Shown piece after piece: positions 21,131 through 30,773 of a stretch of 64,000 nucleotides of DNA (position 1 is the first letter of the stretch; every line of letters begins with the position of its first letter). The stretch spans positions 9,750-73,749 of the forward strand of contig VGMU01000006.1 in assembly GCA_016866385.1 (NCBI GenBank), given 5' to 3'. The notes under the pieces were generated by a model. The model was not told the origin of the DNA, searched no databases, and saw only the letters and a program-made list of their open reading frames with translations. Position numbers and translations under genes: made by a program. This DNA comes from Bacteroidota bacterium (GTDB lineage: Bacteria > Bacteroidota > Bacteroidia > Cytophagales > Cyclobacteriaceae).

Positions 21131-22542
21131 GTCCTCATTTTGAATTTCTTTTTCAATTCATTCACCGCATTTCGAAAACTAGAATCCGTCTCCATCATGT
21201 CGTTTACGGTTTGTATGGCATGAATGACCGTGCTGTGGTCTCTCCCTCCAAAGTGATATCCAATGGATTTGAGAGAGTGGTTGGTAAATTCTTTGCAAAA
21301 ATACATGGCTACTTGCCTCGCAATGACAATTTCCTTCTTTCTGGTTTTGTCCTTGAGTTCGTCTAGAAGAATACTGTAGTAGTCTGAAACCGCCTTCTGA
21401 ATAAAATCAATCCCTACTTCGGTTTCAATATCTTTGATAAAGTTTTTGATAACTGTCTTTGCGAGCTCTAAACTTATCTCTACCCGATTGAGGGAAGCGT
21501 GTGCAATCAAAGAAATCAGGATTCCCTCCAATTCCCGAACATTGGTATCTACCGTGTAAGCCAAATATTCGATGACGTTGTCAGGGATTAGAATGCCCTC
21601 GGATTCCATCTTTCTTTTAATGATGGCTACGCGAGTTTCAAAATCTGGCATTTGCAAATCCGCAGTAAGCCCCCATTTAAATCGAGAAAGTAATCGCTCC
21701 TCTAGGCCTTTTAGGTCTCTTGGGGGGCAATCGGATGTCATGATGATTTGCTTCTTGTTTTGGTGGAGGTGATTAAAAATATGGAAAAACATTTCCTGGG
21801 TGCGGTCCTTTCCAGCCAAAAATTGGATATCATCAATGATCAGGACATCTACCTGCATGTAAAAATTGGTGAAATTCTTTACGTTACCATCCTTGATGGA
21901 GTCCATGAATTGATTCACGAATTTTTCTGAGGACACGTAAAGGACAAACTTGTCTTCCGAGCCATGTTTAATTTCATTTCCAATGGCTTGAACCAAGTGG
22001 GTTTTCCCCAATCCTACCCCTCCATATACCATCAAGGGATTGAAAGAAGTAATGCCCGGCTTGGTGGCTACAGCAAATCCTGCAGAGCGAGCAAGTCGGT
22101 TGCAATCCCCTTCGATGTAGCTGGTAAATGTATAATTTGGATTGAGATTGCTTTGCAAAAGTAGGTCTGCGTCCAAAGATTGCATTTCAAATGGAGTCTT
22201 CGACTCTGAGACAGAGGCCACCCCTTTTTTGGAAGTTGCATTGCCCTGTGGAAAAGAAACCACATAGGGTTGATTGGTAGGAGAACCTTTGTCCACGACT
22301 ACTGCATACTCTAATCTTCCTGTAGGACCTAGGGTATTTTTGATCGCCAATTTGAGTACTTCTACGTAGTTATCTTCAAGCCATTCGTAAAAAAACTGAC
22401 TTGGAACTTGTATCGTCAAACTTGAACCCTCCAATTTTACTGGATTAATGGGGCTAAACCAGGTAGAAAAGCTTTGCTCATTGACGTGTTGTTCGATTAC
22501 ACGCAAGCATTCGTTCCAAACTGCACTGGCTTCTGTACTCAT
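21124..22542 (-). CDS. dnaA: chromosomal replication initiator protein DnaA
   Basis: AAA+ Walker A GGVGLGKTHL, Walker B LIIDDIQF and C-terminal DNA-binding domain (GGRDHSTVIHA). Met at 22542 (MSTEASAVWNECL) matches DnaA N-termini; the track start at 22596 looks like an extension. Confidence 0.93.
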   Translation of the reverse strand: MSTEASAVWNECLRVIEQHVNEQSFSTWFSPINPVKLEGSSLTIQVPSQFFYEWLEDNYVEVLKLAIKNTLGPTGRLEYAVVVDKGSPTNQPYVVSFPQGNATSKKGVASVSESKTPFEMQSLDADLLLQSNLNPNYTFTSYIEGDCNRLARSAGFAVATKPGITSFNPLMVYGGVGLGKTHLVQAIGNEIKHGSEDKFVLYVSSEKFVNQFMDSIKDGNVKNFTNFYMQVDVLIIDDIQFLAGKDRTQEMFFHIFNHLHQNKKQIIMTSDCPPRDLKGLEERLLSRFKWGLTADLQMPDFETRVAIIKRKMESEGILIPDNVIEYLAYTVDTNVRELEGILISLIAHASLNRVEISLELAKTVIKNFIKDIETEVGIDFIQKAVSDYYSILLDELKDKTRKKEIVIARQVAMYFCKEFTNHSLKSIGYHFGGRDHSTVIHAIQTVNDMMETDSSFRNAVNELKKKFKMRTY

Positions 22543-22883
22543 TAGAAAGAGATAGGATTCACACGTTTGCCCACATAGAGACAAAGAGGGTTTCAAATTT
22601 GTGGAAAATTAACTTAAATAAAAAATCCAAATTGGAATGAAATCGTAGAAATGATTTTTTAACCCAAGAGACTGGGTCATTTCCTCTTAAAAAGTCGTTT
22701 TAAGCCAAAAAATAAATAAAGTAGGGAGTAAATTTCTTTTCATTCACCACCTTAAATTCCCAAGCTTAGGAGATAGTAGAGGTATCCTTTCAAGAAAAAC
22801 TTAGGGTATTCTTTTTTTCTCGCTCAAATCAGGAAGTATTGGTTAATTTTGAGGCATCCTGGTTTTATCCTTATCTTTTTACC

Positions 22884-24272
22884 ATGGCAAAAGATTTATT
22901 TCCTGAATTTTCGCCCTCTAGTCTTCAGGATTGGACGGTGCAAGCTTCCAAAGAAACCAAAAGCTCGCCGGAAAGCCTGAATTTAGGAAGTACCCTTTGG
23001 GGGAGGTTACCTATTCAACCCTACTATGCCCCCGAAGGCAGCCCTCAAGAGGCTCAGCAAAAGCGATTTCATCCCTTGCCTGAATTGGAAGGAATGCCGC
23101 CTAGACTATGGGGCAATGTGGTTACGGTGACACCTCAGGATAGCAACGAGGACATTATTTCTTATTTGGAAAATGGAGCAGAGGGTTTGGTACTACCCTT
23201 GTTGGGCTCCGAGGATCTACAGCAGCTATTGGAAGGTGTTTTGCCCCAGTATATCAGCCTATTTATTTTGCCATTGGGCAATCCGCTAAAAGCAATTCAA
23301 GCTTTTGTCGACTGGGTCAGCTCTACCAAAGCTCCCCCAGAAAGTATTGTTGGAGGTTTGCTTTGGTCTCCTTCTGACTTGGTATTTGATCGCCAGGAGC
23401 CTTTTGAGCTTGGGATAGAGGTGCTCCAAGAAGTGATGGAATGCACGTCCGGATTTCCAAAATTTAGAAACTGTTGTGTAAAAACGTCTCGGTATTCAGA
23501 GTCTGGAGGCAATCCCTTGGATGCAGTCAGTTTCAGCATAGCCGAGTGGATAGATATCATGGATAGGATAGAAGGTTCTCCCCAAGAAGTATTTTCCAAC
23601 CTATTTCTTGAGGCGGCGGTAGCAGAGCATCATTTCGGAGAAATTGCAAGATTACTTGCCTTTAGAGAGGGAGTTTCTAGCTTGGCTGCATTGTACGGCA
23701 TCTCATTGGCTGAAGAAGAAGTTCCCTTGTTTTGTCAAACAGCCCTTTGGTCAAAATCTTTCATGGATGTACAAAGTAACCTGATTCGACAAAGTACTGA
23801 GGCCTTAGCTGCCATCTTAGGAGGAGCTAATTTTCTATGGGTTCGCCCTATTGGGGAAGAAACCTTGGAAAGTTTGCCTCGCAGGATAGCAAGGAACGTT
23901 TCTTCCGTGCTTAGGGAGGAAGCACATGTGGATAAAGTGCAAGACCCCGCAGGAGGCAGCTTTTTTATCCTTGCATTGAAAGAGCAAATCCTACTGGATT
24001 TTAAATCCCTGCTTCTGGAGCTTGAGAACTTGGGGGGCTGGCATAAGGCTTTGGAAAATGGCTGGATACACCAAAAGGTCAGGGAAAATCGCTCGTCTAT
24101 TCAACAACAATACCTCGATGGGGACCTGGTGAAAATTGGTGTCAATACCTATCAAGAACCTTCTTCCAAAAGTCTCCAAAGTACCTTTATTCCCTTTTCA
24201 GAAAAGCAGCAGGAATTAAATCCAAGCCGTGCCACTTACTTGGTAGAACTTCAGACCCTAGGATTTGCATGA
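22884..24272 (+). CDS. methylmalonyl-CoA mutase small (beta) subunit
   Basis: Precedes and overlaps (ATGA) the large subunit. MCM-like barrel region without a B12-binding domain. The track start at 22839 is a TTG extension. Confidence 0.75.
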   Translation: MAKDLFPEFSPSSLQDWTVQASKETKSSPESLNLGSTLWGRLPIQPYYAPEGSPQEAQQKRFHPLPELEGMPPRLWGNVVTVTPQDSNEDIISYLENGAEGLVLPLLGSEDLQQLLEGVLPQYISLFILPLGNPLKAIQAFVDWVSSTKAPPESIVGGLLWSPSDLVFDRQEPFELGIEVLQEVMECTSGFPKFRNCCVKTSRYSESGGNPLDAVSFSIAEWIDIMDRIEGSPQEVFSNLFLEAAVAEHHFGEIARLLAFREGVSSLAALYGISLAEEEVPLFCQTALWSKSFMDVQSNLIRQSTEALAAILGGANFLWVRPIGEETLESLPRRIARNVSSVLREEAHVDKVQDPAGGSFFILALKEQILLDFKSLLLELENLGGWHKALENGWIHQKVRENRSSIQQQYLDGDLVKIGVNTYQEPSSKSLQSTFIPFSEKQQELNPSRATYLVELQTLGFA

Positions 24273-26395
24273 GGCCAAAACTGAACGATTGGAACCCCGC
24301 AGGGCTATTGAGACAAAAAGCTAGCCCTACCCAGAATTGGCTTTCTGCTGAACAGATCCCCATTCCAGATGTGGTAGAGCCTTCTTCTATTTCCTCATTA
24401 AGGCAACTGCATTTTGCTGCAGGAATCCCACCCTATTTGCGAGGACCTTATGCGAGCATGTACTTGCAACGTCCCTGGACCATTCGGCAGTATGCTGGAT
24501 TTTCTACAGCAGAGGAGTCCAATGCATTTTACAGGAGAAACTTAGCTGCTGGTCAAAAAGGCCTTTCTATAGCCTTTGATTTGGCGACCCATAGGGGATA
24601 CGATTCGGATCATCCTAGGGTGCAAGGCGATGTAGGCAAAGCAGGAGTAGCCATAGATAGCGTGGAGGATATGAAGATTCTCTTTGATCAGCTTCCGCTA
24701 GACCAGCTTTCGGTATCTATGACCATGAATGGGGCAGTGATTCCTATTCTGGCATTTTATATCGTAGCTGCAGAGGAACAAGGAGTGCCTGTAGGTGCCC
24801 TGTCCGGAACGATCCAAAACGATATCTTGAAGGAGTTTATGGTGAGGAATACCTACATCTATCCGCCCCAACAAAGCATGCGCTTGGTTGGGGATATTTT
24901 TGAATTTACCTCCAAGCACATGCCCAAATTTAATTCTATCTCTATATCTGGCTACCACATGCAAGAGGCAGGAGCTCCGGCAGATTTGGAACTTGCCTAT
25001 ACCCTTGCCGATGGACTGGAGTACGTGCGTACTGGGCTGAAGGTGGGATTGACTATAGACGACTTCGCTCCAAGACTTTCCTTTTTTTGGGGGATTGGGA
25101 TGAATTATTTTATGGAAATAGCAAAGCTTAGGGCAGGTAGAATGCTTTGGGCCAAACTTATGGCACAGTTTCAGCCCAAAGATTCCAAATCCATGGCCTT
25201 GAGGGCCCACTGCCAAACATCTGGTTGGTCCCTTACCGAACAAGATCCTTTCAATAATGTGACAAGAACTACCCTAGAAGCCTTGGCTGCGGTCATGGGC
25301 CATACCCAATCCTTGCATACCAACTCCCTAGACGAAGCTATAGCCCTTCCTACGGATTTTTCTGCTCGCATCGCGAGAAATACCCAGTTGATTCTGCAGC
25401 AGGAGCTGGGTCTCACCCAAGTGGTAGATCCCTGGGGAGGATCAATCTATGTAGAATACCTTACCGACCAACTTGCCCGAAGGGCATGGAATCTCATCGA
25501 AGAAGTGGAACAGATGGGAGGGATGGCAAAAGCTATAGAAGTAGGACTTCCCAAAAGAAGAATCGACGAGGCTGCTGCTAGAAAACAAGCCCGAATTGAT
25601 GCGGGGAAAGACATTATTGTGGGGGTAAATCGGTATCAAATCGACCAAAAAACAGAAATAGATCTACTGGAAGTAGACCATCAAGCAGTAAGAGATACTC
25701 AAATACAAAGGCTTCAACAACTCAAGAAAAATAGAAATCAGGTAGAAGTAGAGGATTGCTTGCAAAAAATAACTGCGGCCGCAAAGTCAGGAATAGGGAA
25801 TTTACTTTCCTTGTCCATAGAAGCAGCTAGAAAAAGAGCTACCTTAGGAGAGATTTCCCTAGCCATGGAGCATGCCTTTGGAAGGCATAAAGCACATTCC
25901 ATTGCCATCTCGGGAGTTTACGCTGCAGAAGTGAAACAAGACGCCTCCTTTGTAGAAGCCCAGCGCCTGTCCAACCGTTTTGCGGAATGGGAAGGCAGAA
26001 GACCCCGAATTTTGGTAGCAAAAATGGGACAAGATGGGCATGACCGGGGGGCTAAAGTCATCGCTACGGGCTTTTCAGACCTAGGATTTGATGTGGACCT
26101 CGGTCCCCTTTTTCAAACTCCTAGAGAAGTTGCCGATCAAGCTGTGGAAAACGACGTACATTTGGTTGGGGTTTCTTCTCTAGCGGCAGGCCATAAAACC
26201 TTGATTCCAGAGCTTATTCATTGGTTAAAGGAATTAGGCCGCCCCGATATTCTGGTGGTCGCAGGAGGGGTAATACCTGTTAAAGATCATGATTTTTTAA
26301 AGCAAAATGGGGTAATGGAAGTGTTTGGCCCAGGCACCGTACTTTCTGAGGCTGCCTGCAAAATTCTTAGGAGATTACATCAAGAAATTCCTTAA
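24269..26395 (+). CDS. scpA: methylmalonyl-CoA mutase large (alpha) subunit
   Basis: [18 protein letters not shown] and [16 protein letters not shown] motifs. C-terminal B12-binding domain with DGHDRG (DxHxxG). Confidence 0.95.
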   Translation: MRPKLNDWNPAGLLRQKASPTQNWLSAEQIPIPDVVEPSSISSLRQLHFAAGIPPYLRGPYASMYLQRPWTIRQYAGFSTAEESNAFYRRNLAAGQKGLSIAFDLATHRGYDSDHPRVQGDVGKAGVAIDSVEDMKILFDQLPLDQLSVSMTMNGAVIPILAFYIVAAEEQGVPVGALSGTIQNDILKEFMVRNTYIYPPQQSMRLVGDIFEFTSKHMPKFNSISISGYHMQEAGAPADLELAYTLADGLEYVRTGLKVGLTIDDFAPRLSFFWGIGMNYFMEIAKLRAGRMLWAKLMAQFQPKDSKSMALRAHCQTSGWSLTEQDPFNNVTRTTLEALAAVMGHTQSLHTNSLDEAIALPTDFSARIARNTQLILQQELGLTQVVDPWGGSIYVEYLTDQLARRAWNLIEEVEQMGGMAKAIEVGLPKRRIDEAAARKQARIDAGKDIIVGVNRYQIDQKTEIDLLEVDHQAVRDTQIQRLQQLKKNRNQVEVEDCLQKITAAAKSGIGNLLSLSIEAARKRATLGEISLAMEHAFGRHKAHSIAISGVYAAEVKQDASFVEAQRLSNRFAEWEGRRPRILVAKMGQDGHDRGAKVIATGFSDLGFDVDLGPLFQTPREVADQAVENDVHLVGVSSLAAGHKTLIPELIHWLKELGRPDILVVAGGVIPVKDHDFLKQNGVMEVFGPGTVLSEAACKILRRLHQEIP

Positions 26396-26547
26396 CTTTT
26401 TCCTCTCTGATTACCTAAAATTTAGTCGGTATTTTGGCTTGGCCAGTCCCCTAACAGCGACTTAGAAAGGGAAACTGACCAAGAAAAAATAGGACCTTGC
26501 AAAATGGGTTCAAGGTCAGTTTGGTGCGCTATTGCGCAAAAAATAGA

Positions 26548-26922
26548 TTAAAAAACTAAAACCGGTTTGTTACCTTCACAAGTGACGCTTTTTGGAGCAA
26601 CAACCATCATACAATCTGAAATCACATTATTTTTTTCATTGTATGCTTTTTCCAAGGCCGTATAGCGATTGACCAAATCCAAAAAATCCTTTTCTACGCT
26701 GACATGGTAAGCGATGTAGCGGCTGGGGCCTCCGCAAGCTTTGCTGCCCATGGGAGTAATTTTCCAGTCCGAGGAGTTGGTACAGGAAACAGATTCGGAA
26801 AGCTTAATGATTTCTTGCTGCTGGCTTAAGAGTTCTTCATAGCTGGCCTGTAGAGGTTCATCACTGGCCAATTCGCAGGAAAAAAGAAGAGTTGCGATTG
26901 AAAAAAATAAAATCCTTTTCAT
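26548..26922 (-). CDS. hypothetical lipoprotein
   Basis: Lipobox LLFSC-E; small Cys-containing secreted protein with no known motif. Confidence 0.5.
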   Translation of the reverse strand: MKRILFFSIATLLFSCELASDEPLQASYEELLSQQQEIIKLSESVSCTNSSDWKITPMGSKACGGPSRYIAYHVSVEKDFLDLVNRYTALEKAYNEKNNVISDCMMVVAPKSVTCEGNKPVLVF

Positions 26923-27061
26923 ATTTCTGAAGTTTTCTTCTTTAAGACGTAAAACTTCTACAAATCGCTACAGGAAAAGAAAAAAAAATTAAAAAATGTA
27001 AAATTTTTGGTCCCTACAATCCATACTAAGGCCAACTTAGCTGGTATGGAAATGGGAGAAA

Positions 27062-27391
27062 TTACACTACGTCTTCTCCTCGAAGACGGACGATGGCACC
27101 TTCCAGTTGCTCTCCAATTCGAATTTGACAGGCTAGCCTAGAACTAGGGAAGTACTCTGGAAGGTTTTCCAATTGGTCAAGCTCTACATCTGTAGCCTTT
27201 TCTAAACCTGCTTTTCCTTCAACGATCTCTACGTGACAGGTAGCGCATAGAGCCATTCCTCCGCAGGTAGCCAAAACTGGATATTCGCTAGCTTTGAGAA
27301 TTTCCATGAGGCTTAGTCCCATGTCGGTGGGCGCCTCGACTTCTTGTCGCTCCCCTTGCTGGTCTTCTACGATAAATTTGATCAATTCCAT
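27062..27391 (-). CDS. [2Fe-2S] ferredoxin (adrenodoxin/putidaredoxin type)
   Basis: CGGMALCATCHV plus a distal C (LACQ) cluster ligand pattern. Met at 27391 avoids a 112-nt overlap with the upstream reductase. Confidence 0.85.
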   Translation of the reverse strand: MELIKFIVEDQQGERQEVEAPTDMGLSLMEILKASEYPVLATCGGMALCATCHVEIVEGKAGLEKATDVELDQLENLPEYFPSSRLACQIRIGEQLEGAIVRLRGEDVV

Positions 27392-27399
27392 AAGGTATC

Positions 27400-28416
27400 T
27401 TAGAATGCATTCACCCCGTTTACCGTGGTGTATTTGAAACTTAGTTTTTGGTCTGGATAAACGTACTTGAAGGCGGAGTGCATCATGATGGCCGCCTCGT
27501 GAAAGCCGCACAAAATCAACTTCAACTTTCCTGGGTAGGTGTTGATATCTCCAATGGCATAGATGCGCTCTACACCGGTAGAATAATCTTTCGTGTCTAC
27601 CTCGATGGCATTTTTATCGATGCTTAAGCCCCAATCGGCGATAGGTCCCAACTTAGGGGATAAACCAAACAAGGGAATAAGGTAATCTGCTTCAATGCTC
27701 ATTTCCTTGTTATCCTTATCGTCAAGAATGACGTATTGTAACCGTTCTTCCCCACTTACTGCCTTCAAATTGGCCGAAAGAATCAAATCAATTTTTCCTT
27801 CTTGTGCGAGATCAAAAACTTTGGAAGCGGAATCTGGAGCTCCTCGGAAAGTTTCGTTTCGGTGTACCAAGGTCACACGCTCCGCTACATTGGCTAAGAA
27901 AATGGTCCAATCGAGTGCTGAATCCCCACCTCCTGCAATCACCACTTTTTTGTCTCGGAAAGTTTCAGGATTTTTTACCATGTAGTTAATCCCTTTTCCT
28001 TCGTAGGCTTCTAGGTTGATCAAAACGGGTTTTCTGGGTTCAAAACATCCCAGACCCCCTGCAATGATGATGACCTTGGCGTGCACCGTGGTCTTGTCGC
28101 TGGTGGTTAAAATAAAGCTTCCATCCTCTTGACGGTCTAAGTGGTCTACACGCTCGCCTAAGGTGAAGGTGGGATTGAAAGGTTTGGCCTGCTCCAAAAG
28201 ATTGTCCACCAATTCTTGTGCTTTGATTTCTGGGTAGCCAGGAATGTCATAAATCGGTTTCTGAGGATAGATCTCTGAAAGTTGCCCTCCAATCTGCGGC
28301 AATGCATCAATCAAATGGCATCTCATTTTGAGCAATCCTGCCTCAAAAACAGCAAAAAGACCTACAGGTCCGGCGCCGATAATACATAAATCGGTGTGAA
28401 TGGGGGAGGGGTTCAT
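27400..28416 (-). CDS. thioredoxin-reductase-like ferredoxin--NADP+ reductase
   Basis: FAD motif IIGAGPVGLF and NADPH motif VIAGGGDSALD, with no CxxC redox pair. Length and C-terminus are typical of TrxR-like FNR. Confidence 0.85.
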   Translation of the reverse strand: MNPSPIHTDLCIIGAGPVGLFAVFEAGLLKMRCHLIDALPQIGGQLSEIYPQKPIYDIPGYPEIKAQELVDNLLEQAKPFNPTFTLGERVDHLDRQEDGSFILTTSDKTTVHAKVIIIAGGLGCFEPRKPVLINLEAYEGKGINYMVKNPETFRDKKVVIAGGGDSALDWTIFLANVAERVTLVHRNETFRGAPDSASKVFDLAQEGKIDLILSANLKAVSGEERLQYVILDDKDNKEMSIEADYLIPLFGLSPKLGPIADWGLSIDKNAIEVDTKDYSTGVERIYAIGDINTYPGKLKLILCGFHEAAIMMHSAFKYVYPDQKLSFKYTTVNGVNAF

Positions 28417-28450
28417 AGCTGTGATTTCCTAAAAGAGAGTAAAGGGATAA

Positions 28451-28897
28451 TTAGATTCCGTTGTGTGTATCTAAATTTTGGTAAATGGTATTTAGGATGC
28501 GCTTGAATTCATGAAAATCAGATTCAGTCAGGTTTTCCCATGCTTTTTCTCTGATTTCTAAGATTCTGGGTTTTAAGGAGGCTACTTTTTTTTCTCCTTT
28601 TGCCGTTAAATGCAATTGAAAACTGCGCCGGTCTTGGGGATGCTGCACTCGCTGCACCAAACCTTTTTTGCTGAGTAAGTCTATGATACGGGTCAGGGTA
28701 GGATGGTCCTTCAGGACCAAATTGGCCAATTCGGTTTGACTTACCTGAGGGCGTTCAGCTAAATTTTTCAATACCAACCATTGGTCTACGGTTACATCAA
28801 ACTTTCCAAATTTAAATTGCTGCTGTGCATAATGCTTTACCTTTCTTGCGGTGCGGTCAAGTAAGAAGGAATAGCTTGCAAAAAGTTCTTGTGTCAT
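28451..28897 (-). CDS. MarR-family transcriptional regulator
   Basis: Winged-HTH region (QWLVLKNLAE...QTELANLVLKDHPTLTRIIDLLSKKGLVQR...DRR). Confidence 0.9.
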   Translation of the reverse strand: MTQELFASYSFLLDRTARKVKHYAQQQFKFGKFDVTVDQWLVLKNLAERPQVSQTELANLVLKDHPTLTRIIDLLSKKGLVQRVQHPQDRRSFQLHLTAKGEKKVASLKPRILEIREKAWENLTESDFHEFKRILNTIYQNLDTHNGI

Positions 28898-29019
28898 ACC
28901 AATAGTTAGTATGACAAATATATGAAATAATTTTTAATACTTGCCAAATAAGTTTTCAAACTCCCTTTGGCAAATGGAGGGATATCCTCCTAGATTTACG
29001 CCATTAACCTATTCACTGG

Positions 29020-30048
29020 ATGATGCGCTTCTTTTTTGTACTTCTCCTGCTAGCATTAAGCAGTCGCTTTGCTTCTGCTCAACAGCAGACCTATTGCAAT
29101 CCCATCAACCTGGACTATGGCTACACGCCCATTCCAAATTTTTCGGAATGGGGCAGACACCGGGCCACAGCAGATCCCGTCATTGTCAACTACCAGGGGA
29201 CTTACCTCCTTTTTTCTACCAACCAATGGGGCTATTGGACAAGTGACGATATGTTGAACTGGGATTTTCATTCCAAACGCTTTCTTCAGCCTTGGAACAA
29301 AGTGTACGATGAGCTCTGCGCTCCCGCAGTAGGAATTGTAGGGGATACAGTGCTGGTCATGGGCTCCACCTATGAGAAAGACTTCACGATTTGGATGAGT
29401 ACCCATCCCAAGGCAAACGAGTGGAAGCCTTTGGTAGAGAAATTTGAAATTGGAGGTTGGGACCCCGACTTTTTCACCGACGATGACGGCCGGCTCTACA
29501 TGTACAACGGCAGCTCCAACCGCTATCCACTCTATGGCATTGAGTTGAATCGAAAGACGATGGCGCCCATTGGCACGCGAAAAGAACTTTACCTCCTCGA
29601 ACCGGACAAATACGGCTGGCAGCGCTTTGGGGAACACATGGACAATACCTTCTTGGATCCCTTTATGGAAGGTGCCCACGTGACCAAGCATAACGGGAAA
29701 TACTACTTGCAATACGGCGCTCCTGGCACCGAATTCTCTGGCTATGCGGATGGGGTAGTGGTAGGGTCAACGCCATTGGGACCTTTTACTCCCCAGTCTG
29801 ATCCTTTAAGTATCAAACTCGGTGGCTTCGCTCGAGGGGCGGGACACGGCAGTACTTTTCAGGACAATCAAGGCAGGTATTGGCACATCAGTACCATCAT
29901 GATTTCGGTCAAGAACACCTTTGAGCGGCGCCTAGGGATCTGGCCAGTAGGCTTTGACAAAGAGGATGTGATGTGGTCCAGTACCGCATTTGGAGACTAT
30001 CCGCATTACCTGCCCAATACCGAAAAGGCAGGGAAGTTTACCGGCTGA
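29020..30048 (+). CDS. glycoside hydrolase family 43-like catalytic domain (5' part of a gene split by an in-frame TGA)
   Basis: Signal peptide (ASAQQ); five-bladed-propeller GH43-like segments (ADPVIVNYQGTYLLFS, FTDDDGRLYMY, MEGAHVTKHNGKYYLQY). Ends at TGA 30046-30048, in frame with the next ORF. Confidence 0.8.
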   Translation: MMRFFFVLLLLALSSRFASAQQQTYCNPINLDYGYTPIPNFSEWGRHRATADPVIVNYQGTYLLFSTNQWGYWTSDDMLNWDFHSKRFLQPWNKVYDELCAPAVGIVGDTVLVMGSTYEKDFTIWMSTHPKANEWKPLVEKFEIGGWDPDFFTDDDGRLYMYNGSSNRYPLYGIELNRKTMAPIGTRKELYLLEPDKYGWQRFGEHMDNTFLDPFMEGAHVTKHNGKYYLQYGAPGTEFSGYADGVVVGSTPLGPFTPQSDPLSIKLGGFARGAGHGSTFQDNQGRYWHISTIMISVKNTFERRLGIWPVGFDKEDVMWSSTAFGDYPHYLPNTEKAGKFTG

Positions 30049-30756
30049 ATGCTGCTCAACTACGACAAGCCCATGCAGGTGTCCTCTACTTTGGGGGGAT
30101 TCTCGGCCAATAAGGCCAATGACGAGGACCTCAAAACCTACTGGAGTGCGCAATCGGGTGCCAAGGGAGAGTGGATCCAGACCGACCTAGGCCAGATGAG
30201 CACGGTGCATGCGGTTCAGATTAACTATGCGGATCAGGACGTGGATCAGGACCGCCTCGGCAAGCGAACCGACCAGTACCACCAGTACCTGCTCTACCAT
30301 TCGGTGGACGGGAAAAAGTGGGAGGTCTTGGTAGACAAAAGCAAAAACACCACCGATATTCCACACGAGTACGTGGAACTGAAGCAGCCTGTAAAAACCC
30401 GTTTCCTCAAGTTGGTCAACGTATGGATGCCTACCGGCAAATTTGCGATCTCCGGATTTCGAGTTTTTGGAAATGCAGGAGGGGCAGTTCCCAAGCAGGT
30501 TTCCCAGTTTATGGTCTTCCGTACCGAAAAGGACAAGCGCAGTGCCTTTATCAAATGGGCTCCCTCTTCCGATGCCTATGCCTATAACTTGTATTATGGT
30601 ACTGCTCCAGACAAATTGTACACCTCCATCATGGTGCTGGGCAATAACGAATACTGGCTCAAAACTTTGGACCGTACCAAACCCTACTACTTTACCATCG
30701 AAGCGATCAATGAGAATGGAGTAAGTACTTGGTATCCAGTCCAAAAGGTGGAGTAA
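30049..30756 (+). CDS. discoidin (F5/8 type C, CBM32-like) plus Fn3-like domains (3' part of the split GH43 gene)
   Basis: DEDLKTYWSA...GEWIQTDLG...VHAVQINY is a discoidin signature. ATG immediately follows the TGA in the same frame, and there is no signal peptide of its own. Confidence 0.7.
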   Translation: MLLNYDKPMQVSSTLGGFSANKANDEDLKTYWSAQSGAKGEWIQTDLGQMSTVHAVQINYADQDVDQDRLGKRTDQYHQYLLYHSVDGKKWEVLVDKSKNTTDIPHEYVELKQPVKTRFLKLVNVWMPTGKFAISGFRVFGNAGGAVPKQVSQFMVFRTEKDKRSAFIKWAPSSDAYAYNLYYGTAPDKLYTSIMVLGNNEYWLKTLDRTKPYYFTIEAINENGVSTWYPVQKVE

Positions 30757-30773
30757 AAATTAGGCTTTTGCGC

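Noticed and set aside
22543-22596. N-terminal extensions of dnaA (22543-22596), lutB (36195-36407), ferredoxin (27392-27511), tatD (5160-5195), susC (42504-42551), mutA (22839-22883) and the ABC ATPases
   Set aside because: The extensions overlap upstream genes or promoter DNA, start at TTG/GTG or at weak contexts, and are not present in the N-termini I recognise for these families. The internal Met gives ATGA overlaps or proper signal peptides.
22567-22838. The dnaA upstream spacer as oriC
   Set aside because: It has only two degenerate DnaA boxes (TTGCCCACA, TGTGGAAAA) and no repeat cluster. This is more consistent with ordinary dnaA autoregulation.
29056-29712. Long antisense ORFs in the track, for example 29056-29712, 30187-30744, 24698-25243, 52260-52763, 54953-55420, 34421-34879, 53529-53948 and 63524-63955
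   Set aside because: Each lies entirely opposite a gene with strong family motifs. Their translations are Arg/His/Gly/Pro-rich and low in information, and they have no recognisable motif or signal. This is typical of shadow ORFs.
30046-30048. TGA at the GH43/discoidin junction as selenocysteine or genome-wide TGA recoding
   Set aside because: Many well-supported genes in the window terminate at TGA, including several ATGA overlaps. I see no SECIS-like stem-loop immediately downstream, and a glycosidase linker is not a plausible Sec site.
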